Origin: an uncultured bacterium
Lineage (GTDB): Bacteria > Bacillota_I > Bacilli_A > RFN20 > CAG-826
Direction: 5' to 3'
NCBI GenBank assembly: GCA_949290395.1
Contig: CASERQ010000002.1
Span: forward strand, 8,505-72,504
DNA: 64,000 bases
Shown: in pieces, positions 36,758 through 46,143 of the stretch
How positions within the stretch are numbered: position 1 is the stretch's first letter
How the letters are laid out: each line of letters opens with the position of its first letter
Position numbers and translations under genes: made by a program
Notes under the pieces: model-generated
The model's input: only the letters and a program-made list of their open reading frames with translations
Databases searched by the model: none
What the model was told of the DNA's origin: nothing

Positions 36758-37682
36758 TTATAAAGCATGGATATATCTTGCTCCTTCTTTAATTTTACTT
36801 GTGGTTTTCGCTTTATATCCACTTATTGATACTTTTTATATATCTTTTTTAAAGGATTATAACTATTTAACAGGCGATAGTAGTGGATTTACTTTAGAAA
36901 ATTATGAGGCTTTATTTGGAATAATTCCTGCGCCTGATACTATTGCTCAACTTCAAGGCCCAATAAATGCCTTTTTTGAATATGCTTTACCTAATACGTT
37001 GCTTATTACTTTTGTAACTGTTCCAATTTCAATAGCATTAGCTCTTATTATTGCAGTTTTAATTAATTCAATTAAAGTTTGTCAAAGATTTTTCCAAACT
37101 TTATTCTTTACTCCATATGTTACAAATATTATTGCTGTAGGCATGGTATTTGGTGTTATTTTCTCTCATACGGGTTTATTTAATGCTATTTTTAATCTTG
37201 ATAAGTATTGGGTTGAAAATAATCCAGAAACGACATATTGGAATGCGATGTTTGTAATTTTCTGCGATATTATCTGGTATCAATTGCCATTTAAAATATT
37301 AATTTTTGTTGCAGGCTTACAAGGAATTGGAAAAACTTATTATGATGCTGCGCGTATAGATAGCGCATCAAAGATTAAACAATTCTTTAAGATAACTGTT
37401 CCTTTACTCTCTCCTCAAATTTTCTATATTTCAATTACTTCATTTATTAATGGATTTAAAGAATATCAATCAATAGCTGGTCTTTTTAACCGCCCTGGCA
37501 CATCAGGAAACTCTTATAATTTATATACAGTTGTTTATTTTATTTATGATCAAATTAATGCTGGAAGTGGACACAATGTACGTTATGCTTGTTGTGGAGC
37601 GGTAGTGTTATTTTTAATTATTTTAGTCTTCACACTTATTCAATTTTATATTTCTAAGAAGAGGGTTCATTATGGAGCTTAA
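36741..37682 (+). CDS. CUT1-family ABC permease (MalF/UgpA-like), copy 1
   Basis: 313 aa, 6 TM segments, EAA region AARIDSASKIKQFFKITVPLLSP. Confidence 0.9.
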   Translation: MNEKNNYKAWIYLAPSLILLVVFALYPLIDTFYISFLKDYNYLTGDSSGFTLENYEALFGIIPAPDTIAQLQGPINAFFEYALPNTLLITFVTVPISIALALIIAVLINSIKVCQRFFQTLFFTPYVTNIIAVGMVFGVIFSHTGLFNAIFNLDKYWVENNPETTYWNAMFVIFCDIIWYQLPFKILIFVAGLQGIGKTYYDAARIDSASKIKQFFKITVPLLSPQIFYISITSFINGFKEYQSIAGLFNRPGTSGNSYNLYTVVYFIYDQINAGSGHNVRYACCGAVVLFLIILVFTLIQFYISKKRVHYGA

Positions 37683-38676
37683 TAAGTCGCTTGTTAATCA
37701 AGATACAATCTACAATAATGAATCTGAGATTGAATTTATTATTGAAGGTTTTAATAAAAATGTAGACAAAATCAAGAAAAAGGATAAGGTTTTGCGAGTT
37801 TTTTTCTTAATTATTATCTATGTCTTTTTAATCTTTTTTGCTTTTATTATGATGATCCCGTTTTATTGGATGTTTATTACTTCTTTAAAAAGTGAAGTAG
37901 CAAATGGAATCTATATTGGACTTGATAATAACTTTTTTATAGCTTTTGATAACATAGCGCGGAACAACTATGCTCTTATTTTTGATCCGGCTAGATTTGA
38001 TTTCTTTACTTATTTATGGAACACAATTATCGTTGTTGTTATATCAACAATTGGAACCTTCTTTGTTACAATTTTTGCTTCTTTTGCCTTTGCAAGATTA
38101 AACTTCAAAGGTAAGGATTTAACTTTTTATATTTACTTAATAACAATGATGATTCCTAGTGAACTTTTTGTTGTTACAAATTACATTCAAGTTTATCGCT
38201 ATGGACTTCTTACATCAACTTGGGGAACTTATCTTGCAATCATGCTTCCTTTTATAGTAAATGTTTTTTACATTTATCTTTTAAACGAAGCATTTAAACA
38301 AATTCCAAATGAGTTATATTTAGCTTCTAAAATTGATGGGAAAAGCGATTGGAAGTTTTTATGGAAAGTCATGGTTCCAATTGCTTCGCCAACCTTGATT
38401 ACTGTCATCATTTTAAAAGTTATCTCAACTTGGAATGCTTATGCTTGGCCAAAAGTTTTAGCGCCTCAAGGTTCTGCTAATCAAACCGCTAACTTAATTT
38501 CGGTTGCAATTAGGGATTTCGCTAATTTTACATATGTAGAAGGAACAAGAATTTTTGTTCTTCAATCTTTACAAATGGCGGCAACAGTTATTGTAACTAT
38601 TCCTTTGATTATTATCTTTATAGTATTTAGAAAATATATTATGAATGGTACCAGCCGAGCTGGTATTAAAGGCTAA
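37672..38676 (+). CDS. CUT1-family ABC permease (MalG/UgpE-like), copy 1
   Basis: 334 aa, EAA region ASKIDGKSDWKFLWKVMVPIASP, C-terminus RAGIKG. Confidence 0.9.
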   Translation: MELNKSLVNQDTIYNNESEIEFIIEGFNKNVDKIKKKDKVLRVFFLIIIYVFLIFFAFIMMIPFYWMFITSLKSEVANGIYIGLDNNFFIAFDNIARNNYALIFDPARFDFFTYLWNTIIVVVISTIGTFFVTIFASFAFARLNFKGKDLTFYIYLITMMIPSELFVVTNYIQVYRYGLLTSTWGTYLAIMLPFIVNVFYIYLLNEAFKQIPNELYLASKIDGKSDWKFLWKVMVPIASPTLITVIILKVISTWNAYAWPKVLAPQGSANQTANLISVAIRDFANFTYVEGTRIFVLQSLQMAATVIVTIPLIIIFIVFRKYIMNGTSRAGIKG

Positions 38677-38754
38677 TATTTACAATATCTTAATTTTAAA
38701 CTTCTTTATTAGTGTGATATATTTATTTAGTATTTAAGTAGGAGGAATTACTTA

Positions 38755-40437
38755 ATGAAACTTAAATCCAAAATTTTAATGCCATCTCTTCTGTTAGGGG
38801 CATTATCAGTCGTTGGTTTAACAGGATGTACTTCTGAACCTGTCCCTGATCCTGATCCAACTCCAGATCCAACTGAAAAAACTAAAGTTGTTTTTTGGAC
38901 AAATATTTGGGGTGGTGATGCAGATTCCCCAACTGGTGAACCAGAAATGATGGATGCAATCGTTAAAGCTTTTGAAGATAAATATCCAAATATTGACGTT
39001 GAATATCAACAAAGCGGACAATATGGAACAATCCATGAAAATATTTCTAATAATTTAACAAACTTAAACAACTTACCAAATATGGCTGTTTGTTATCCTG
39101 ATTATGTTGTCAACTATTTAGAAAGTGGAAATGTTTTAAAATTGGATAACTTTATAAATAGCAGTGAATATGGCTTTGGTCACGATGCTAATAATAATGG
39201 TGCTGAAGAAAAAGATACTTTAAGTAGTGATTTCAACAAAGCTTTCTTAGCTGAAGGTCAAGAATATGCAATTGAGGGTACATTCTCAATGCCATGGTAT
39301 AAGAACAGCGAAGCATTATTCTATAACTCTGATGTTTTAGATAGTGTTTTTGGCGCTGGCAAATATGAAGATAAACTTACAAACTGGCAAGGCATCATCG
39401 AACTTGCTAGAGAAATGATGACCAAAGATTTAACAACAAAATGGTCAACATGGGTTGGTGGAGATGATGGTGGTTACCAAATCTTAGACCATAAAGTTTA
39501 TTGGAAGGGTGATACAATTCCTACCGATGGAAGTGCACCTGAAAATTATGCAACTCCAATTTCATATGACTCAATTGATAACCTCTTTATTACATTTGCT
39601 GAAATGATGAACGTTCCTTATGCAGGTGGCGATGCTAATAATGATGGCAAAATTACAAGAGATGAAGCAGTTTTATTCTATAACCCAACCACAGGTGCTA
39701 ATGAAAAGACTGTCAACATGGTTAAAATGCTTAAGTCTTGGTATGACGAAGGCTTAATTACAACTTCTGAAATGCTTGATCCAGAAGGAAATGGTGATTA
39801 TGGATGTTGGAATGAATACACTTATAACCAAAATTCTTTTATCTATATTAATGGAAGTAAGAATGCTTGGTATGGATCTTACAACACATTTAGAGGAAAA
39901 GTTTTACCAACTCCTGTAATTGATGATGGTATGTTAGAAGCAACTCCAACTGTCAAAAACAAAAATGCTCATTCAAAAGCAATGTCTCAAGGTGCGAATA
40001 TTGTTTTCTTCGACAAGGGAGATGAAGCAAATAAAGCCGCTTGGTTATTCTATAAATTCTTAACAAATACTGAAAATTCTTCAACAGTTGCATTAAAAAT
40101 GACTTCAATGCCTGTTAGAAATTCAAGTTATGAAACAACAGCATTTAAAGAAGCAATGGCTGATAAAGATGCATTCCCTGCAGAAATCGCTGATCCAACA
40201 AATAGCAACAATCAAAAAGAGAACTACAATTACTTACAAGCAAATGTCTATGATATTTATCAAGACTATAGTAAGAATGAACAAACATTTGTTGCTCCAG
40301 TTTCTCAATTCTCTTCAGCAACCAGAAACGCAATTGAAGAGATGATGATTAACGTCTTTAAATCAACAAAGACTGGCGCTGAACTTGATGCTGAAATTCG
40401 TGCTCAATTTGAAGCAGCATATAACGCAATTGTCTAA
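38755..40437 (+). CDS. ABC substrate-binding lipoprotein (SBP-1)
   Basis: 560 aa. Signal peptide plus lipobox LTGC, a PDPDPTPDP linker, and family-1 SBP features (VCYPDYVVNYL). Strong SD AGGAGG. Confidence 0.85.
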   Translation: MKLKSKILMPSLLLGALSVVGLTGCTSEPVPDPDPTPDPTEKTKVVFWTNIWGGDADSPTGEPEMMDAIVKAFEDKYPNIDVEYQQSGQYGTIHENISNNLTNLNNLPNMAVCYPDYVVNYLESGNVLKLDNFINSSEYGFGHDANNNGAEEKDTLSSDFNKAFLAEGQEYAIEGTFSMPWYKNSEALFYNSDVLDSVFGAGKYEDKLTNWQGIIELAREMMTKDLTTKWSTWVGGDDGGYQILDHKVYWKGDTIPTDGSAPENYATPISYDSIDNLFITFAEMMNVPYAGGDANNDGKITRDEAVLFYNPTTGANEKTVNMVKMLKSWYDEGLITTSEMLDPEGNGDYGCWNEYTYNQNSFIYINGSKNAWYGSYNTFRGKVLPTPVIDDGMLEATPTVKNKNAHSKAMSQGANIVFFDKGDEANKAAWLFYKFLTNTENSSTVALKMTSMPVRNSSYETTAFKEAMADKDAFPAEIADPTNSNNQKENYNYLQANVYDIYQDYSKNEQTFVAPVSQFSSATRNAIEEMMINVFKSTKTGAELDAEIRAQFEAAYNAIV

Positions 40438-40451
40438 TTTTTAACTTTACA

Positions 40452-40494
40452 AATTCTTAGGGGGAGAATTTATTATCCCTCTAAGAATTTTTTT
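40452..40494 (+). terminator. rho-independent terminator after SBP-1
   Basis: 13-bp stem (AATTCTTAGGGGG/CCCTCTAAGAATT, one G-U pair), 12-nt loop, T7 run. Confidence 0.75.
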
Positions 40495-40502
40495 AACTAA
40501 TT

Positions 40503-40790
40503 ATGAAAGAAAACGAAAGAAAACTAAAAAGAAGCAATAAAGAAAAAAGAAATTTATCCTTATCTTTTATTATTTTAGGAATTATCTTTATTTTAATTTC
40601 TTTTTTCTTTATTCCTTTAATGAAGAATGAAACAAGACGATTTGGAGAAGATGTTGTTGTGTATGATTATTTTGCAATGGCTCTCTTTTATATCTTTTTA
40701 ATAGCCGGTATAGTGCTTATAGTTTCTTTTCTTGTTTATTACTTATTCATTTATTTTTCATATAGAAAGAAATTAAATAATGAAAATTAA
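40503..40790 (+). CDS. small membrane protein (2-3 TM)
   Basis: 95 aa. Basic N-terminus then hydrophobic segments. It overlaps the ATPase-2 start by 11 nt. No recognisable family. Confidence 0.4.
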   Translation: MKENERKLKRSNKEKRNLSLSFIILGIIFILISFFFIPLMKNETRRFGEDVVVYDYFAMALFYIFLIAGIVLIVSFLVYYLFIYFSYRKKLNNEN

Positions 40791-42222
40791 GATTGAAAGT
40801 TTAACTAAGAAATTTCCTTCTAATGAGAAGAAAAATATTGCTGAAACTATTGCGGTTTCAGATTTTAATCTTGAAATAAATGATGGTGAACTCGTAGCAC
40901 TTTTAGGTCCATCAGGATGTGGAAAATCAACAACTTTATACATGATTAGCGGACTTATTGAACCAACAAGCGGAAAAATTTATTTTGGAGATGAAGATGT
41001 AACTGATTTAATTAGTGAAAAAAGAAGTATTGGTTTTGTATTTCAAAACTATGCTTTATATCCTCATATGAATATCTTTAAAAACATATCTTTTCCTTTA
41101 ACTAATTTAAAAGTAAATGATTATGTTTATTTTCCAAAAATTGTTTTCTTATTAAAAATTAAAAAAGTATTAAGTGAAGAAAGTTCACGAAATAAACTAG
41201 AAGAATTGATAAAAGAGAACACTCTAGAAAAAAAGCTTGATAGATATAAACTTGTTAACGCTTTTAAAAAGGAATTCAAACTTTCTTTAAAATACGCTAA
41301 TAAATTTTATACTTATATTCTTAAATTTAATTCAGATTATAAGGCAATTATTAAATACATAGACGAAACTATTTTAAAAATAAGAAAAGCTTTCTCTCTT
41401 TTTAAAATTAAAATTGATGAAAATGGATATTTTTTAAACAAAGATAGTAAAGCTTTTAAAAAAGTCAGAAAACTTTATAGGTGTGAAATAGATTTATTAG
41501 TAAATGATATTGCTCGAATTGTTAAGATTGATGAATATTTATATAGAAAACCAAGTGAATTAAGTGGTGGTCAACAACAAAGAGTTGCTATTGCTCGAGC
41601 TCTTGTTAAAAAACCAAAAGTTTTACTTCTTGATGAACCTTTATCTAACTTAGATGCTAGATTAAGAATTGAAACTCGAGAAGAAATTAAGCGAATTCAA
41701 AAAGAAACTGGCATTACAACAATTTTTGTTACTCATGATCAAGATGAAGCAATGGCAATTAGCGACAAAATGGTTGTCATGAGTATGGGCGAAATCCAAC
41801 AAATTGGTGAGCCGGATGATATTTATAGAAATCCTAAAAATTTATTTGTTGCTAAATTTTTGGGTGTACCTCCAATTAATATATATGATGGCGAAATTAA
41901 AAATGGTGGGTTATATATAGCTCATGAAAAAATCACCGATAAGAAAATTAATATCGATGATCAAAAAGTAATAATTGGCATTCGACCAGAAGCTTATTTA
42001 TTAGACGATGAAAGTAAAGAAGGTATAACTCTTAATATTAAAAAGATATATACATCAGGTAGAGATTTAACTTTAATTGCAGAACATCCAAGTTCGAAAG
42101 ATGAAATTAAAATTATATTAGATAGCGAACATAGTGTTAATATGGGCAACAATAAATTTAGATTGTTAACTTCGAAACTATATATATTTAATGCAAAAAC
42201 AGAAAAAAGAGTTGAGTTTTAA
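40780..42222 (+). CDS. MalK/UgpC-type ABC ATPase with ~120-aa insertion (ATPase-2, no adjacent permeases)
   Basis: 480 aa. Same motif set as ATPase-1, with the insertion at the same position. Confidence 0.9.
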   Translation: MKIKIESLTKKFPSNEKKNIAETIAVSDFNLEINDGELVALLGPSGCGKSTTLYMISGLIEPTSGKIYFGDEDVTDLISEKRSIGFVFQNYALYPHMNIFKNISFPLTNLKVNDYVYFPKIVFLLKIKKVLSEESSRNKLEELIKENTLEKKLDRYKLVNAFKKEFKLSLKYANKFYTYILKFNSDYKAIIKYIDETILKIRKAFSLFKIKIDENGYFLNKDSKAFKKVRKLYRCEIDLLVNDIARIVKIDEYLYRKPSELSGGQQQRVAIARALVKKPKVLLLDEPLSNLDARLRIETREEIKRIQKETGITTIFVTHDQDEAMAISDKMVVMSMGEIQQIGEPDDIYRNPKNLFVAKFLGVPPINIYDGEIKNGGLYIAHEKITDKKINIDDQKVIIGIRPEAYLLDDESKEGITLNIKKIYTSGRDLTLIAEHPSSKDEIKIILDSEHSVNMGNNKFRLLTSKLYIFNAKTEKRVEF

Positions 42223-42270
42223 AAGGAATTTGTTATTATTTAATAACTTTTAGATTTTTTAATAAAAAGA

Positions 42271-43428
42271 ATGACGGAAAATTTAAATCAAGAAAAACAA
42301 AAAGTAATTGAAATTTATCCTGTAAAAGTTGGCAGAAGAGTTTTAGCTTTTTTAGCTGAAATTTTTGTTTGTCTAATTTTATCTATTATTTTATTTGAAC
42401 TTTGCGTTTTCCAAATTTCGCGTCTTGTTATTGGATACGATAAACTCGTAGAAGATTCTGAGACTTACCAAAAAGGACAATATAATATTCTCTATCAACA
42501 TGAACTTTTGTATTTTGATGATACAAGTAGTGAAGAAAATCGATATATGATTTCTCTAGCTCTTGAAGATACAAATTATTATTTTTTGAATTTCTATTCA
42601 AATCCTGTTAATGAAGAACTTAGAAAGTACGATGTTTTCTATAAATATTTTGTCGACTTAAAAGATAGTAATGATGCTGAAGCTTTAGAAAAATTAAATG
42701 AACAATATTTGCATTATGGTTCTGAATTTTTTGACTCTAGTAAGAAAACAATTTTAGGAACTTATTCTTTAAAAGATGAATATCAAGAAGCGTTTTCTCA
42801 TAATTATTTGCCAGGTGACTCTTTGTCGGAAGATGCACAAACTCAATATGAAGATTTTACAAAAAGAGTATTTTTAAATCTTTATAACGATTTAATAAAT
42901 GATATTCAAGAAAACGATTTAAAATCATTAGACAATTCTTTTTCGTATAATCAATATAGTAGCGAAGTTGAAAGTATCAATCATATTTTAAACTTAAATT
43001 ATATTGTTTGCTCTTATATATCATTTTTATTTGCTTGTATCATTCTTTTCTTAGTTATACCTTTAATAACTCATAAAAGGGAAACTTTTGTTGAAATTAT
43101 ATTAAAATTTGAAAGAATCGATCGAAAAACGCTTGGATATATTAATAAGCCACTAGTTTTAAATATCTTTTTATTAAAGTTAATGGATTGTTTAACGATT
43201 GTATTTTTAGTTCCAAGTTTAAGGGTTGGATTTAATTATATATTCTCCTTCCCTGAACTTTATTTACCTTCGTTAATCGGAGTAATAATTGCTTTAGCTA
43301 ATCTTGCTATTACAATTTGCACTAAACTCAATACATCTTTAAAAGAAATTACAACAAATTCGATTGTTATCGATAGTAAATCCTTAGATAATTATTATCA
43401 AGAAGTGGAAGTTTTTAATGGAAAGTAG
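42271..43428 (+). CDS. RDD-like membrane protein, type A (copy 2)
   Basis: 385 aa. GRRVLAFLAEIFVC helix, about 200-aa polar loop, C-terminal TM bundle. Confidence 0.45.
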   Translation: MTENLNQEKQKVIEIYPVKVGRRVLAFLAEIFVCLILSIILFELCVFQISRLVIGYDKLVEDSETYQKGQYNILYQHELLYFDDTSSEENRYMISLALEDTNYYFLNFYSNPVNEELRKYDVFYKYFVDLKDSNDAEALEKLNEQYLHYGSEFFDSSKKTILGTYSLKDEYQEAFSHNYLPGDSLSEDAQTQYEDFTKRVFLNLYNDLINDIQENDLKSLDNSFSYNQYSSEVESINHILNLNYIVCSYISFLFACIILFLVIPLITHKRETFVEIILKFERIDRKTLGYINKPLVLNIFLLKLMDCLTIVFLVPSLRVGFNYIFSFPELYLPSLIGVIIALANLAITICTKLNTSLKEITTNSIVIDSKSLDNYYQEVEVFNGK

Positions 43429-44443
43429 TATTTACGATAAAAACGCCTTGAACGATAAAGAACCTGAAGTAACTAAAAGAAAAGTTGAGGTTACTTTTTA
43501 TCAAGCTCGTTTTACTCAAAAGTGCGGAGCAATACTTTTAGATTTTGTAGTTTTTGCTTTTTTAGCTCTAGGTCTTTTTATTGGTACAAAAGCAATTGTT
43601 GAATCGACAAATTATTACCAAGAAATCGATCAAAAATTTGATCAAGCAAGACTAGATTCTGGTTTATTTGTTTATGATAGTGTTAGCGATAGAGTAGAAG
43701 ATGTTGTTACTCATATTAATGCTAGAAGCGATATGTCAAGTGGCGAAAAAGAAACTTTTTTAGTTAATGCAATTGATAAATTCCTTGTTTCAGTTCCCGA
43801 AAAAACTGAATTTTTAACTAAAGAATACGAAGATTTTTTATTAAATAAAGACTTAAATTTAAATGGAATCCCTTATTTTATTAAAGATAATAGTGGAGAA
43901 ATAATTAAAAACCCAAACGGCAATATTCAAATTGGTTCTTACGTTGATAACGTTTATAAAGTTTATATTGATGAAATCGGACAAGCAGAATTTGTAATTC
44001 AAACGCCACACGTATTAGAGTATCAACGTTACCAATCTAATATGCTTCTTTTTGTAGAAATACCAGTTGGATTATGTTTAGCTGCTATTATTGTTTGGTT
44101 TATTATCCCTTTATGTTTCACAAGAGGAAAAAAGAGTTTAGGTAGATTAGCTTTTAGGATTGCTCTTTTGGGGAAAGATAATTATTCTTTAAAATTTGGA
44201 AGGTTTTGCACTAGATTTTTAATTTTTTTCTTTTTAGAATTCTTACTTTCTTTATTTACATTTTGCGTACCGCTTATTGTATCTTTGACCATGTCAGCAT
44301 GCACAAAGAAAAAGCAAAATTTTCACGATTATATGCTTGATATCCGTGAAATTGACTCTTATGGGACTAAAATTTATAAAGATAAATTTGAATTAATTAG
44401 TGAAGAAACAAAGCAAGGATCTTTTGATTTTAAGATGAAATAG
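43418..44443 (+). CDS. RDD family membrane protein, type B (copy 2)
   Basis: 341 aa with CGAILLDFVVFAF...KKSLGRLAFRIALLGKDNYSL...FHDYMLDIREID...KIYKDKFELISEE. Colinear with 34362-35270. Confidence 0.6.
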   Translation: MESSIYDKNALNDKEPEVTKRKVEVTFYQARFTQKCGAILLDFVVFAFLALGLFIGTKAIVESTNYYQEIDQKFDQARLDSGLFVYDSVSDRVEDVVTHINARSDMSSGEKETFLVNAIDKFLVSVPEKTEFLTKEYEDFLLNKDLNLNGIPYFIKDNSGEIIKNPNGNIQIGSYVDNVYKVYIDEIGQAEFVIQTPHVLEYQRYQSNMLLFVEIPVGLCLAAIIVWFIIPLCFTRGKKSLGRLAFRIALLGKDNYSLKFGRFCTRFLIFFFLEFLLSLFTFCVPLIVSLTMSACTKKKQNFHDYMLDIREIDSYGTKIYKDKFELISEETKQGSFDFKMK

Positions 44444-44455
44444 TTCTTATTCGTG

Positions 44456-44482
44456 AAAATAGTTGAGTTTTGCAAGGTTTTT
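44456..44482 (+). repeat. 27-nt intergenic motif, copy 2
   Basis: Identical to 30170-30196. Lies 12 nt after the stop of the RDD-B2 gene. Confidence 0.85.
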
Positions 44483-44588
44483 TAATACCAAAGTTGCAAT
44501 TTTAATATATAAAAATTTGTCAGCAAAATTCACTAGTAAAACCAATTTGTTTGTTGTGTTTGCTTTATAATTTCATTATAATGAGTGC

Positions 44589-46133
44589 ATGAAATTCAAA
44601 GGAATTACGTTTGGTTTTTTAGCGCTTTTCTTAGGAATTGGTCTTTGCTCATCAAGCAAAATTAACTCTTTTGAAAACGAAATTACTGACAATAATGGTG
44701 TTTTAAATTTTAAGAATGACTCAAATGATGTTTCAGAGGGTGAGGAAGAAGTTTCTAACGAGGCTTTAAATGTTAGAGTCAGAAATATTTCAACTACAGA
44801 TCTTGCAACATCTATCCAACTTTCAATTAGTGTGGCTGATGACGCTCCTTATGCTACTTACTTTGTTGGCTACAATGAAGAAGGCAGACACGCTTATCTT
44901 ACCTATGATGTTCAAAAAACCGACAATAAAGTCGAAACAAGACAATATGAAATCATTTTTGACGACCGTTCTTATGGTTCTTATGCTGTTGGTGCTAATT
45001 TTGCTGCATCGTTAAGCAAAAATTGTGATATAGAATTGGCAAAAGGTGAAATTCTTTTGTACCAAAATGGTTTCAGAATTGAGAATGTTTATCCTGGTGT
45101 TGAAAATGAAACCGGAGTCGGCAACCCAATAATTCCTGTATTTGATGATAAAGTTAGCGTATATTGCGATACATCTAATATTGATAGTTCGCGTTACCCA
45201 ATCAAATTCGATCAAAGTCAATTTTTTAGCATAAATTATGAAGGTAAAGCTAACTATAATGGTTATTCTGCTTATACCTTTAGAGTTGAAGAAAATGGAA
45301 CTGAATTGTATCCAACATTATCCTCTCAAACCGCAAGAGCTTATATGACTAACGAGTTTGATTTACAAAATGGAACTTCCTATGTGAAAGCATCTTTATC
45401 TTTCGGCGGTGCAACACAATTTGAAATAACCTTTAATGATGGAAGCAATGTAATAATAAATTCAACTGCTAAAATATACGAGATTACAAATGGCGCAAGT
45501 TTAGTTTTATTCTTTGAAGGCATTGATTCTAGCACAGTTTCCAATATTGAAATTAGTGGTTTGGACTATCAACTTGTAATTTATAATGCACAAATTAATG
45601 CTAATATCAGTCGTACTAATTTCTCACAACGTTTTGGTAAAGTTTATACAAACATGGTACCTCTCTATGATTCAAACGGGAATGTAGTTAAAGAAGCGGT
45701 TACTGAAACATTTAATATTAATACTGATTTAATTGTTGGATTAACTTTTGGAATTTCTACTATTCTTTTCTTCGGCAGCGTTGTGCCTGCTTATTTCTAT
45801 TTGAAGAAAAAGAATAGAAATGACGAATTCAAGAGAATGAACACTAAGAGTTATTGGTCAACTGCAACTTATGGTTATCTTTGCATAGAATCAGTTTTAT
45901 TATTTATTGTCTATGTAGTGATTAGATCGACAGTATTAAATAATGCGCTGACAGTTTATAACCCAACTGATACATTTATATTCATATTTGGAATTGCAAG
46001 TATTATTCTCATTGGTTACTTTATTAGATACTTTGCAATTATGATAAAAAATAACATCGAAAAGAAGAGAAGAGATAGACTTAATATTAATAAAGATGTT
46101 ATTGATGATGGAACTTTGATTATTCGTAAGTAA
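44589..46133 (+). CDS. surface protein of unknown family: signal/possible lipobox, ~380-aa ectodomain, C-terminal 3-TM anchor
   Basis: 514 aa. N-terminus FLALFLGIGLCSSS. TM segments after about aa 395. Ends 10 nt before ATPase-3. Confidence 0.5.
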   Translation: MKFKGITFGFLALFLGIGLCSSSKINSFENEITDNNGVLNFKNDSNDVSEGEEEVSNEALNVRVRNISTTDLATSIQLSISVADDAPYATYFVGYNEEGRHAYLTYDVQKTDNKVETRQYEIIFDDRSYGSYAVGANFAASLSKNCDIELAKGEILLYQNGFRIENVYPGVENETGVGNPIIPVFDDKVSVYCDTSNIDSSRYPIKFDQSQFFSINYEGKANYNGYSAYTFRVEENGTELYPTLSSQTARAYMTNEFDLQNGTSYVKASLSFGGATQFEITFNDGSNVIINSTAKIYEITNGASLVLFFEGIDSSTVSNIEISGLDYQLVIYNAQINANISRTNFSQRFGKVYTNMVPLYDSNGNVVKEAVTETFNINTDLIVGLTFGISTILFFGSVVPAYFYLKKKNRNDEFKRMNTKSYWSTATYGYLCIESVLLFIVYVVIRSTVLNNALTVYNPTDTFIFIFGIASIILIGYFIRYFAIMIKNNIEKKRRDRLNINKDVIDDGTLIIRK

Positions 46134-46143
46134 GGAGAAGATT

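Noticed and set aside
30170-44482. Genomic-island hypothesis: 27-nt direct repeats flanking 14.3 kb with tRNA-Lys next to the left repeat
   Set aside because: There is no integrase, recombinase or other mobility gene inside. The repeat is not part of the tRNA. A third, inverted core copy exists at 21051-21066. The paralogous ABC/RDD genes continue beyond the right repeat. A recurring 3'-UTR/intergenic motif is the more economical reading.
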